Shown: in pieces, positions 7,825-16,406 of the stretch
Layout of the letters: the number at the start of each line of letters is the position of its first letter
Position numbering within the stretch: position 1 is the stretch's first letter
Assembly: GCA_934525675.1 (NCBI GenBank)
Contig: CAKSZH010000004.1
Span: 91,905-155,904 of the forward strand
Direction of reading: 5' to 3'
Length of the DNA: 64,000 bases
Origin: an uncultured Eubacteriales bacterium
Lineage (GTDB): Bacteria; Bacillota; Clostridia; Oscillospirales; CAG-272
Position numbers and translations under genes: made by a program
Notes under the pieces: model-generated
The model's database searches: none
Told to the model about the DNA's origin: nothing
The model's input: only the letters and a program-made list of their open reading frames with translations

Positions 7825-9933
7825 TTAAGTGCCGGAGTCTTGCGGCGTTTCCTTTTGCTTTCTGCATTTCTTCATGCCGAAGGTGGTTGCACAGACGATC
7901 GGGTCACACAGAAGCAGGAGCGCAGGCAGAATGAAAATGACGCACAGCATACTGATAACGGCGCCTCTTGCCATCAGCATACACATGGAGCTGATGATGT
8001 CGATATCGGAATACACGGCGACGCCGAAGGTTGCGGCGAACAGTCCCATGCCCGAGACGATGATGGACGGGAAGGACGAGGAGAGCGCCGTTGTGACGGC
8101 GGAGCGTTTGTCCGCGCCGAGCATCCGCTCGGATTTGTAACGGGTGGTCATGAGGATCGCGTAGTCCACCGTTGCGCCGAGCTGAATGGTGCTGATACAG
8201 ATGGGAGCGATGAAGGGAAGCGACTGACCGAGGTAGTGCGGAATGCCGAGGTTGATGAAGATGGCAAGCTCGATCACGGCAATGAGGATGAAGGGCAGGC
8301 TGAAGCTCTTTTCCACAAACGCGATGATGAGGAAGATCGCCACAATGGAGATGGCGTTGACAACCTGGAAGTCATGTCCCGTCGTTTCGATCATGTCCTT
8401 CATGCAGGGCGCTTCGCCGATCAGCATTCCCGAGGGATCGTATTTCTTGACGATCTGATTGAGCGAGGTGATCTGGTCGTTGACCTTGTCGCTTGCGACT
8501 TTGTATTCCGAGTTGATGAGGAGCAGTTCCCACTTGTCGCTCTTCAGAATGGAGGTGATGCTCTCGGGCAGAATCTCCTCCGGCACCAGAGAACCGACGA
8601 CGGATTCCAGCCCCAGTACGTATTTGACGCCGTCCACCTGTTCCATTTCCTTTATCATGGACCGCACCGCCTTCCCGGACAGGTGAGAGTCCACAAGAAC
8701 CATGTGGGTGGACGCAATGTTGAATTCTTCGGACAGCTTGGAGTTTGCAATGACGTATTCCATGTCCTCCGGCAGGCACTGTCCCATGTCGTAGTAGACC
8801 TCGTCGTTGGTCTTCTGATAGCCGTAAAGCGCGGGGGTAATCAGAAGCGCGAAGATCACAAGGAAGATGGGGAAGCACCTGACCACTCCTCCGGCAAATT
8901 TCTTCATGTCCGGAATGATGGAGCGGTGCTTGGTCTTTTGCAGGGGCTTGTCGAAAATGAGGATCATGGACGGAAGAACCGTTACGCAACCGAGCACGCC
9001 GAGCAGGACACCCTTTGCCATGACCAGTCCGAGGTCACGTCCCAGCGTGAAGCTCATGAAGCACAGCGCCGCAAAGCCCGCGATGGTGGTGACGGACGAG
9101 CCGACGACCGAGGTCAGGGTCTTGTGAATGGCGTTTGCCATGGCTTCGTACTTGTCGCTTGTCAGGTTGCGTTCCTCATTGTAACTGTGCCAGAGGAAGA
9201 TGGAGTAGTCCATGGTGACCGCAAGCTGAAGCACGGCGGAGAGCGCCTTGGTAATATAGGAAATCTCCCCGAAGAAATAGTTGGTGCCGAGGTTCAGAAG
9301 AATCATCATGCCGATGGAGGCAAGGAAGACGAACGGAACCAGCCAGCCGTCGAGGAAAAGCAGCATGGCGACCAGTGCCAGCACAACAGCGATGGCAACG
9401 TAGATCGGTTCCTCTTTTTCACACAGGTCCTTGAGGTCGGTGACGAGCGCGGACATGCCGGAAACAAAGCACTGCTTGCCGGTGATGGAACGGATTTCGC
9501 GGATCGCGTCCATCGTGACCTCCTCGGAGGTCGCGCTGTCAAAGAAGACGGCAATCATGGTGGAGTGGTCGGTGTTGAATTCCCGGTAAATTTCTTCCGG
9601 CAGGATCTCCATGGGGATGGAGATATCCGCGAGCGAGTTGTACCAGAGAACCGTTTCCACGTGATCCACAGTCTTGATCTTTTCGGTCAGGGCGGCGACA
9701 TCACGCTCGGACATGTCCTCCACGATGATGAAGGAAAACGCCCCCTTGCCGAACTCCTGCATGAGTACGTCCTGTCCGATGACGGTGTCCATGTCGGACG
9801 GCAGGTAATCGAGCATGTCGTAGTTGATGCGGGTGCCGATCATGCCGAATGCCGACGGAATGATGAGCAGAAGGGCAAGGATCAGAATGGGGATGCGGTA
9901 CTTGACGACCGCTTTGGCAAATCGCATGGTCAT
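7825..9933 (-). CDS. MMPL-family (RND superfamily) transporter
   Basis: 702 aa with two 6-TM bundles and two extracytoplasmic loops. MMPL-like N-terminus (RIPILILALLLIIPSAFG ... YDMLDYLP). Confidence 0.85.
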   Translation of the reverse strand: MTMRFAKAVVKYRIPILILALLLIIPSAFGMIGTRINYDMLDYLPSDMDTVIGQDVLMQEFGKGAFSFIIVEDMSERDVAALTEKIKTVDHVETVLWYNSLADISIPMEILPEEIYREFNTDHSTMIAVFFDSATSEEVTMDAIREIRSITGKQCFVSGMSALVTDLKDLCEKEEPIYVAIAVVLALVAMLLFLDGWLVPFVFLASIGMMILLNLGTNYFFGEISYITKALSAVLQLAVTMDYSIFLWHSYNEERNLTSDKYEAMANAIHKTLTSVVGSSVTTIAGFAALCFMSFTLGRDLGLVMAKGVLLGVLGCVTVLPSMILIFDKPLQKTKHRSIIPDMKKFAGGVVRCFPIFLVIFALLITPALYGYQKTNDEVYYDMGQCLPEDMEYVIANSKLSEEFNIASTHMVLVDSHLSGKAVRSMIKEMEQVDGVKYVLGLESVVGSLVPEEILPESITSILKSDKWELLLINSEYKVASDKVNDQITSLNQIVKKYDPSGMLIGEAPCMKDMIETTGHDFQVVNAISIVAIFLIIAFVEKSFSLPFILIAVIELAIFINLGIPHYLGQSLPFIAPICISTIQLGATVDYAILMTTRYKSERMLGADKRSAVTTALSSSFPSIIVSGMGLFAATFGVAVYSDIDIISSMCMLMARGAVISMLCVIFILPALLLLCDPIVCATTFGMKKCRKQKETPQDSGT

Positions 9934-10526
9934 GGGTCCTCTCTTTCTTTGGATTCGCCCTCGATGACATCGGGTCTCTGATGGCGAATGATTTTGACGG
10001 TGATGAGCATGGTGCAGATGTTGAGCAGTCCCTCCCAGAGGAGGGTGATGCCGTACAGGACCGTCATGACCTGTACGCTTTCATCCGGGCGGAGAATGAG
10101 CAAAAATCCGAACACCCCGGTTAGGATTGCGGAGGCAAGGATCAGCCACCATTGACGGACCCCAAAGGTTCTCGCGTCGATGGAGATCTGCGTTTTGAAC
10201 AGACTGTCCGCCAGCACCAGAATGCCGATGAGACTGCACATCAGGGTCATTGCACGGACGGGACGGATGAGGAGCGCGGTTCCGATGAGAACCGTCAGGA
10301 TCCCGCTGGCAAGGTCGTACTGAAACGCAAGCCGGAACAGATCTCTTGAGAAATACCCCACCAGCTTGACGATACCGAAGACGATGAGGGTCACTCCGCA
10401 GACGATCCCGACCACGCGGACGGAAATGTCCGGCACGCAGATGAGGCAGATGCCGAGCGCGGTCAGCAGAACCGAAATACCGATGTATCCGATTTTTGCA
10501 ATCCGCATGGGAGCGGTGGAACGCAT
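9930..10526 (-). CDS. HdeD/DUF308-family membrane protein
   Basis: Six predicted TM helices. AGGAAG RBS before ATG 10526. ATGA stop/start overlap with the MMPL gene. The ORF-track start 10721 was trimmed. Confidence 0.65.
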   Translation of the reverse strand: MRSTAPMRIAKIGYIGISVLLTALGICLICVPDISVRVVGIVCGVTLIVFGIVKLVGYFSRDLFRLAFQYDLASGILTVLIGTALLIRPVRAMTLMCSLIGILVLADSLFKTQISIDARTFGVRQWWLILASAILTGVFGFLLILRPDESVQVMTVLYGITLLWEGLLNICTMLITVKIIRHQRPDVIEGESKEREDP

Positions 10527-10626
10527 CTTTGTCACTTCCTTTCTTTTTCCGTTCCCCAGTATAGCAGTCGGCGGGGGACCTGAAAACGGGCAATCGGGAG
10601 GCGAATGCCGCAAATTCGGGCAGAGC

Positions 10627-10661
10627 GGGGGCGATTGTACAAAAACCATACAATTGCCCCC
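10627..10661. promoter_or_regulatory. 13-bp imperfect inverted repeat upstream of the MMPL operon (candidate operator or leader hairpin)
   Basis: GGGGGCGATTGTA, 9-nt spacer, TACAATTGCCCCC (12 of 13 positions complementary), about 100 nt upstream of the DUF308 start. Confidence 0.35.
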
Positions 10662-10749
10662 TGTTTGTCTGAATCCGCGGGGGATGTTCCGGCATAGGTC
10701 ATTCCGGAAGTCCCCTCCCACCGGGAAACGACAAAAGAGCGGCTGTAAA

Positions 10750-10788
10750 ACAACCGTTTTACAGCCGCCCGAAGGCGTTTCTGTGTGG
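10750..10788 (-). terminator. intrinsic terminator of the TetR gene
   Basis: 13-bp stem GCGGCTGTAAAAC/GTTTTACAGCCGC, 4-nt loop, CTCTTTTGT tail on the minus strand. Confidence 0.75.
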
Positions 10789-10922
10789 AATTGCGGACAA
10801 TCTGTCGCACGGAACAGAGAAACCCGAAAAGCGTACTACGCCGCACGTGGAATCATGCCGTACTAAACAGCCTCTTCCGGATCAAAACAGCGAGCATATT
10901 CCGCGCCCGTGCACGGATGGGA

Positions 10923-11492
10923 TCACGGATGATCGTTGCTTTCCCGGATCCTGCGGATGATGTCATCGGACAGTCCGTGACAGACCCCGATGATCCGGTG
11001 GATCCCGGTCATGGACTCTTCCTTCATGCCGTTCATGATCCATTCAAAGGACAGCCCGAAAATCTCGCATTTGATGAAACGGATGGTGACCTCCAGATCT
11101 TCCGGCGGAATGACGATTCCCTCGAAAGCCGTGGTCAGGTACGTGGTGGCAATGTATTCGCTGATCTTCATGAGATACCGCTCGTAGATGTCGCGGTTGA
11201 CGGAGTTATAGATATGCAGGACGGCTTTCCGGTTGGCGACCAGCTCACGGATGACCACGGTGATACATTCGTCGAGGGATTCCACGGTCGGATAATCCGC
11301 AACCAGCGCGTCCACCCGGTCCTTGACAATCTCCTCGATCAGTGCGGGAATGTCCTGATAATGATAATAGAAGGAATTGCGGTTGATCCCGCAGTCTTCG
11401 ACGATCATGCGGACGCTGATCTGCGAAAGCGGTTTTTCATTGAGTAATTTGAGAAAGGATGCTTTGATCGCCTGTTTGGTGAATCCCGCCAT
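10923..11492 (-). CDS. TetR/AcrR-family transcriptional regulator (DhaS-like)
   Basis: N-terminal HTH (LSQISVRMIVEDCGINRNSFYYHY). GGGAGG RBS before ATG 11492. The ORF-track start 11666 was trimmed. Confidence 0.85.
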   Translation of the reverse strand: MAGFTKQAIKASFLKLLNEKPLSQISVRMIVEDCGINRNSFYYHYQDIPALIEEIVKDRVDALVADYPTVESLDECITVVIRELVANRKAVLHIYNSVNRDIYERYLMKISEYIATTYLTTAFEGIVIPPEDLEVTIRFIKCEIFGLSFEWIMNGMKEESMTGIHRIIGVCHGLSDDIIRRIRESNDHP

Positions 11493-11766
11493 GACAGCCT
11501 CCCGTTTGATTTTCCGACTGTGCCGAAACAAGCCGGATGAAAAAAGTGTAGCATAAACCGGGACGGATGTCAAGGGCAGGGGACAAAAGGAACAGAGCGG
11601 TTTGTACCGGGGAACGGGGAAACTTCCTGCCGGTTTGTCGGAGCCGGACGGGGTATCTTGCGTCACAAGAGAAGAGCAAAAAAGAACGGGACGATTCGCC
11701 TTCGCTCAATGTGGCTCCGTTGTTAGAATAACGGACGTGTGCCGAAATTGTACCTAAACAAAATTG

Positions 11767-11815
11767 GCACAATATATTGCGATAATTTGGTCGATTTATA
11801 CGCAATATATTGTGC
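11767..11815 (-). terminator. hairpin downstream of tRNA-Gly, terminator-like in both directions
   Basis: 15-nt perfect arms GCACAATATATTGCG/CGCAATATATTGTGC, 19-nt loop, T-rich flanks on both strands. Each arm contains the 10-bp palindrome CAATATATTG. Confidence 0.55.
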
Positions 11816-11825
11816 TTTTTTACTG

Positions 11826-11899
11826 TGGAGCAGGTAACGGGAATCGAACCCGCCGCTCCGGCTTGGGAAGCCGGGGTTTTACCACTAGACTATACCTGC
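11826..11899 (-). tRNA. tRNA-Gly (anticodon CCC)
   Basis: Reverse complement is GCAGGTATAGTCTAGTGGTAAAACCCCGGCTTCCCAAGCCGGAGCGGCGGGTTCGATTCCCGTTACCTGCTCCA. Anticodon loop TTCCCAA, encoded CCA. Confidence 0.92.
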
Positions 11900-11931
11900 G
11901 TACCGCGTCCCGCTTTGTACGGAACGATATT

Positions 11932-11960
11932 ATTTTAACCTATTTCTTCCGTCTTGTCAA
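11932..11960 (-). promoter_or_regulatory. sigma-A promoter of tRNA-Gly
   Basis: On the minus strand: TTGACA, 17-nt spacer, TAAAAT. The -10 hexamer ends 32 nt upstream of the mature tRNA 5' end. Confidence 0.75.
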
Positions 11961-12341
11961 CACCAAACGGGGAATTTCTTTTACGGATTTTCACGGGGGA
12001 AGCGGGCGGGGATCGGAAAAGCGCGAAAACCGGATCCATCCGGAGTAACGGTGCCGTGGGAGTCCCCCGGTTTTTGGGATAATCCCTGTGCGGGGAGCTG
12101 CCGGCAACCGTGGCACGCTGTTGCGGTGTGCCGGTGAAGATTGTGCCGGAGGATACGGGATGAACGGGAAAGGCTGTGCAAAACGAGCGGAAGCTTCCCA
12201 CGAAAAATGCACCGTGGTTTAACGGAAAATACGGTACCGGTACGGGATTCCCGCGCGGATACGGAATTACTGCCGGATACGTGCCGCACGGGGGGCGACA
12301 TTGTTACCGGACACCTGCTGCCGCTCCGCATTGAAATCAAA

Positions 12342-12372
12342 CTCCCCGCCGGGCAAACGCCGCGGCGGGGAG
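12342..12372 (-). terminator. intrinsic terminator of pfkA
   Basis: CTCCCCGCCG/CGGCGGGGAG stem with a TTTGATTTCAA tail on the minus strand, 17 nt after the pfkA stop. Confidence 0.7.
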
Positions 12373-12388
12373 CCGATGATTCTGAACT

Positions 12389-13465
12389 TTATTTTGCGAC
12401 AATGTTTGCGATGCGGTTATAATCCGCGATCTCTTTCTTACGCTTTTCAACCAGCGCTTTCATGTCTTCCAGCTGTTCGGGAGTGAAGGCGTACAGATCT
12501 CCGGGCTTCAGTTTGTTTTTGTACATCCGGTCGGAAATCAGCGCAAAGTTGATGTCCACCGGCGTGGTCTTTCCGTCGATCTCGCACATGACAAGATCCG
12601 ACTTGCCCGCGAGCAGAAGATCCACTGCCATGACGCCCATCTGCGCGCCCGCAAGGCGGTCATGCAGGGTGGGATCGCCGCCGCGCACAACATGCGCAAA
12701 GCGTGCAAACCGCGTTTCCACTTCCGCCTCGGTGTTGATTCTGTGCGCGAGATGCTCACCGAAGGATACGCCGCCGACAGGGTCCATGCCTTCGCTGACC
12801 ACAACAATCATGCCGCGCTTTCCGTTTTGACGCGCTTCACGGATGCGTTCCAGCATTGCGTCTTCGTCAAAGGGAACCTCCGGAATGGCAACCGCGATCG
12901 CACCGGTGGCAATACCGGCAAGAAGCGCGATCTGTCCGCATTCGCGTCCCATGACCTCCACGACGTTGCAGCGGCTGTGGGAATCACAGGTGTCGCACAG
13001 TTTGTCGATCATTTCAATGGTGGTATTGGTGGCGGTGTCAAGACCGATGGTATAGTCGCTTGCGGTAATGTCATTGTCGATGGAGCCGGGAATGCCGACA
13101 GCGGGGAAGCCAAGTCTCGACATATCGGTCGCGCCGCGGAAGGTTCCGTCGCCGCCGATGGCGATGATTGCGTCAATCTGATGCTCCTTACAGGTTGCAA
13201 TCGCGCGCTTCATGCCCTCTTCGGTTTTGAACTCCGGGCAACGGCTGGAGCCGAGAATGGTGCCGCCTTTCTTCCAGATGCCTGCGACTTTTTTGCGGTC
13301 AAGTACCGTAATATTTCCGTTAATCAGTCCGGTGTAACCTTCATTGATGCCTACCACTTCGATGTTTTCATCCAGTGCATGCAGGGTAATCGCCGCAATT
13401 GCGGCATTCATGCCGGGCGCGTCACCGCCGGAGGTCAGGACACCGATTCTTCTGAATTTTGCCAT
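12389..13465 (-). CDS. pfkA: ATP-dependent 6-phosphofructokinase
   Basis: Motifs: GVLTSGGDAPGMNAA, GGDGT, PGSIDND. Start at ATG 13465 (MAKFRRIG) with a GAGGTG RBS. Confidence 0.92.
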   Translation of the reverse strand: MAKFRRIGVLTSGGDAPGMNAAIAAITLHALDENIEVVGINEGYTGLINGNITVLDRKKVAGIWKKGGTILGSSRCPEFKTEEGMKRAIATCKEHQIDAIIAIGGDGTFRGATDMSRLGFPAVGIPGSIDNDITASDYTIGLDTATNTTIEMIDKLCDTCDSHSRCNVVEVMGRECGQIALLAGIATGAIAVAIPEVPFDEDAMLERIREARQNGKRGMIVVVSEGMDPVGGVSFGEHLAHRINTEAEVETRFARFAHVVRGGDPTLHDRLAGAQMGVMAVDLLLAGKSDLVMCEIDGKTTPVDINFALISDRMYKNKLKPGDLYAFTPEQLEDMKALVEKRKKEIADYNRIANIVAK

Positions 13466-13767
13466 AACAGTCACCTCGTTGAAAGGGGGAAATATTTCCC
13501 GCCGCATTATATCATAATCAATATATCATTATAATAGATTTTTTTGCGGAAATCAAGCATTTGTCTGAAATTTATCAAAAAAATGCGGAGAATTTTCCAA
13601 AACTTCACACAGCGCACAGCTGCCCGTCAAAATCGGATTACCCAACCGTGTAAAAACGCAGTACATGGTTTTGTGTTTCCCGGTGTGACGAGCTTGCCGC
13701 CGACTGTATTCTCCGGTTTTTCGGGAGCTTCACGGGGATGGGGACCTTTCTTCCGCGCCCGCGGCGG

Positions 13768-13840
13768 GGCGACTACGCCTTCCGCTCCCCGCCTCCGGCG
13801 GCAAGCGGAAGATTCCGCCGCCCCCGCTTCCGCGGGCTTG
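13768..13840 (+). repeat. degenerate, truncated copy of the GC-rich intergenic repeat family
   Basis: GGCGACTACGCCTTCCGC and GATTCCGCCGCCCCCGCTTCCGCGGGC resemble both ends of the units at 18715-18860 and 40144-40288. Confidence 0.45.
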
Positions 13841-13845
13841 TCCCG

Positions 13846-14328
13846 TCAGTCCCCGACCAGTTGCTCCAAAACGCCCGTGAGAATTTCTGATACCGCCTCG
13901 TACCGGATCTCCTCCCGCGTCGCATCGGGGGACAGGTGAAGCAGAACCGCGCTCGTCCCGCGGGGACCCGCGATCGCCGTCCAGACCGTGCCGACCGGCT
14001 GCTCCGGTGTTCCTCCGCCGGGACCGGCAATCCCCGTGGCGGATACGCCGAAATCGGTTCCCAGTACCCGGCGGACTCCCTCCGCCATCTCTTTCGCCGT
14101 TTGCTCGCTGACCGCACCGAACCGCACCAGTGTCCCATGCGATACCCCGACCAGTTTTTCCTTCGCGTCACACGTGTAGGTCACACACGCGCCTGCAAAT
14201 ACCTCGGATGCACCCGGCACGTCGGTCAGCCGCTTGGCGATGTATCCGCCCGTGCAGGATTCCGCCGCCGCTATGGTCATGTGACGCGCCGCAAGCTCCC
14301 CGACAAGCAGTTCTTCGGGTTTTGCCAT
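13846..14328 (-). CDS. pncC: CinA-family nicotinamide-nucleotide amidohydrolase (PncC domain)
   Basis: Motifs: AAAESCTGG, TGIAGPGGGTPEQPVGTV. AAGGAG RBS. Confidence 0.85.
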   Translation of the reverse strand: MAKPEELLVGELAARHMTIAAAESCTGGYIAKRLTDVPGASEVFAGACVTYTCDAKEKLVGVSHGTLVRFGAVSEQTAKEMAEGVRRVLGTDFGVSATGIAGPGGGTPEQPVGTVWTAIAGPRGTSAVLLHLSPDATREEIRYEAVSEILTGVLEQLVGD

Positions 14329-14361
14329 ACGAATCTCTCCTTGCTGTCCGGTTTTCCCGGA

Positions 14362-15174
14362 TCACTGATTTTTGACGTGAACGTCCACCTGCGGGAAGGG
14401 AATCTCAATGCCCGCACGGTTGAGCTCCTTGTAAATGCCCTCGGTCAGATCAAACTTCACACCCCAGAAATCGGCATTCTTACACCAGACGCGAAGCGTG
14501 AAATTGATGGAGGAATCCGCCATCTCGGTCATGCGGAGAAAGGGCGCCGGATCCTTGGCAACCTTGTCGTGCGAGGCGGCAAGCGCGAGAACCACTTCTT
14601 TGACCTTCTCCACATCGGTGCCGTATGCCACACTGCAGGTCACTTCCACCCGGCGGGTCTTTTCCACGGAATAGTTGGTAATGACGGAAGAGGTCAGCGT
14701 GCCGTTCGGAATGACGACGTGCTTGTTGTCCGGGGTCACAAGACCGGTGTAGAACAGCCCGATCTCCTCCACGGTGCCGCCCTGACCGTCCGCTTCAATG
14801 TACTGCCCGATCTTGAACGGGTGAAAGATCAGCAGCATAATGCCGCTTGCCAGATTGGAAAGCGAACCCTGAAGTGCTAAGGCAATCGCCGCGCCGGCGG
14901 CGGCAATCACGGTGACAACCGATGCCATCGGGACGCCGAGAATGCCGATGACCATGACAATCATCAGAACATTCAGTCCGGCTTTGACAAAGGTCCGGAC
15001 ATAGCTTTTGACGGTCGGGTCGAGCTTTTCACTGCGTTTTCCCACCAGAAAGTGCTTCATGAAGAAGCGGATGAGAAAACTCCCGACGACCAGCACCAGC
15101 ACTGCCGCAAGCAGCTTCCACGCGATGTTCACACATCCGTTGACAAGATTGTTCCAGAATTCTTCCCAGGTCAT
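14362..15174 (-). CDS. small-conductance mechanosensitive channel (MscS family)
   Basis: Three N-terminal TM helices followed by an MscS beta-domain (PFKIGQYIEADGQGGTVEEIGLFYT). AAGGAG RBS. Confidence 0.88.
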   Translation of the reverse strand: MTWEEFWNNLVNGCVNIAWKLLAAVLVLVVGSFLIRFFMKHFLVGKRSEKLDPTVKSYVRTFVKAGLNVLMIVMVIGILGVPMASVVTVIAAAGAAIALALQGSLSNLASGIMLLIFHPFKIGQYIEADGQGGTVEEIGLFYTGLVTPDNKHVVIPNGTLTSSVITNYSVEKTRRVEVTCSVAYGTDVEKVKEVVLALAASHDKVAKDPAPFLRMTEMADSSINFTLRVWCKNADFWGVKFDLTEGIYKELNRAGIEIPFPQVDVHVKNQ

Positions 15175-15301
15175 TTTTTGAGTTCTCCTTTTTGTTCCTC
15201 AGTGATAGTCTGTCCCCCGGAAATCGGGGCGATTCTGGGATTATTATAACACCGGTAAAAAGAGAATTCAAGGGAAAAATCCGCAAAGACGGCAACGGGA
15301 C

Positions 15302-15330
15302 TTGAAAAGACGGTAAAAATGAATTATAAT
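15302..15330 (+). promoter_or_regulatory. sigma-A promoter of the radical-SAM gene pair
   Basis: TTGAAA, 17-nt spacer, TATAAT. Confidence 0.75.
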
Positions 15331-15400
15331 ATTGAAAAAGATTGTTTTTTGCCGCGGACGGACGGAAATCCTGCCCGGCATGACGGAAGGAGGCGGGAAT

Positions 15401-16330
15401 ATGCCGGAATGCAGGATCTGTCCGCGCGGATGCCGGGCTGACCGCACCGCCGGGGGAACAGGATACTGCGGGGAGACCTCCGCGCTCCGTGTCGCCCGCA
15501 TCGCGCTCCATCCGTGGGAGGAGCCGCCGATCAGCGGAAAGTCCGGTTCGGGGACCGTTTTCTTTTCCGGTTGCAACCTCGGTTGCGTATTCTGCCAGAA
15601 TTACCGCGTCAGCCATGAAGGACTCGGGCGGGAGATTACGGAGGACAAGCTCGCAGAGGAGATGCTCCGCCTGCGCGACGAGGGTGCCGCAAATATCAAT
15701 CTCGTGACCCCGACGCACTTCACGGAGCAGATAATCCGCATTCTTGAAAAGGTCCGTCCGACGCTCGGGATTCCCGTCGTCTGGAACAGCGGCGGGTATG
15801 AATTGCCCGAAACGCTGGAACGGCTTGCGGGACTTGTCGATATTTTTCTGCCGGATTTCAAGTACGCGTCGGGAGTCTTGGCAAAACAGTATTCCGACGC
15901 TCCCGATTACCCGGAGGTCGCCGCGGCGGCGCTCCGGACCATGTACCGTCTCGTCGGAGACGCACAATTCGGTTCCGACGGCATGATGAAGAAGGGAATC
16001 ATTGTCCGCCACCTCGTGCTTCCCGGCGGAAGGCGGGATTCCCAAGAGGTGCTTCACTGTATTGCGGAAACGGTTCCGGTTTCCGGAATCCGCCTCAGCC
16101 TTATGAGCCAGTACACGCCGGAATTCGCCATGCAGTGCCCCTATCCGGAGCTGCACCGCCGCGTGACCACATTTGAGTATGAGTCGGTGGTGAAGGAAGC
16201 CGAACGGCTCGGCTTTGACGGATATTTTCAGAGACGTTCCTCCGCCGATGCGTGTTACACGCCCCCGTTCGAGGGGACGGTCAGAGTGACGCGCAAAACA
16301 GACCGCGGAAATCCCGTGCAAAAGATCTGA
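15401..16330 (+). CDS. radical SAM protein (PflX-like activase family)
   Basis: [10 protein letters not shown] (CxxxCxxC) cluster motif. GGAAGGAGG RBS before ATG 15401. The ORF-track start 15332 lies at or upstream of the predicted TSS. Confidence 0.8.
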   Translation: MPECRICPRGCRADRTAGGTGYCGETSALRVARIALHPWEEPPISGKSGSGTVFFSGCNLGCVFCQNYRVSHEGLGREITEDKLAEEMLRLRDEGAANINLVTPTHFTEQIIRILEKVRPTLGIPVVWNSGGYELPETLERLAGLVDIFLPDFKYASGVLAKQYSDAPDYPEVAAAALRTMYRLVGDAQFGSDGMMKKGIIVRHLVLPGGRRDSQEVLHCIAETVPVSGIRLSLMSQYTPEFAMQCPYPELHRRVTTFEYESVVKEAERLGFDGYFQRRSSADACYTPPFEGTVRVTRKTDRGNPVQKI

Positions 16331-16406
16331 CGACCGCCGGGCGAAAGAATTCAGAAGAAAGGGCGCTTCCTTCTCCTTTGAGGGGACAGAAGCAACGGTA
16401 AGGTAT

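Noticed and set aside
7816-9981. 721-aa plus-strand ORF
   Set aside because: It is antisense to the MMPL transporter gene. It is a low-complexity D/G/H/R-rich translation with no RBS, so it is a shadow ORF.
11764-12048. 94-aa plus-strand ORF
   Set aside because: It overlaps the antisense tRNA-Gly gene and its promoter. It has no RBS and an implausible composition.
11961-12341. RNase P, tmRNA, SRP or 6S RNA in the orphan GC-rich region
   Set aside because: No GAGGAAAGUCC-type P4 element, tRNA-like 3' end, SRP domain-IV motif or 6S-like long imperfect duplex could be found by eye. It is left as an unexplained region (see finding), not called as a known RNA.
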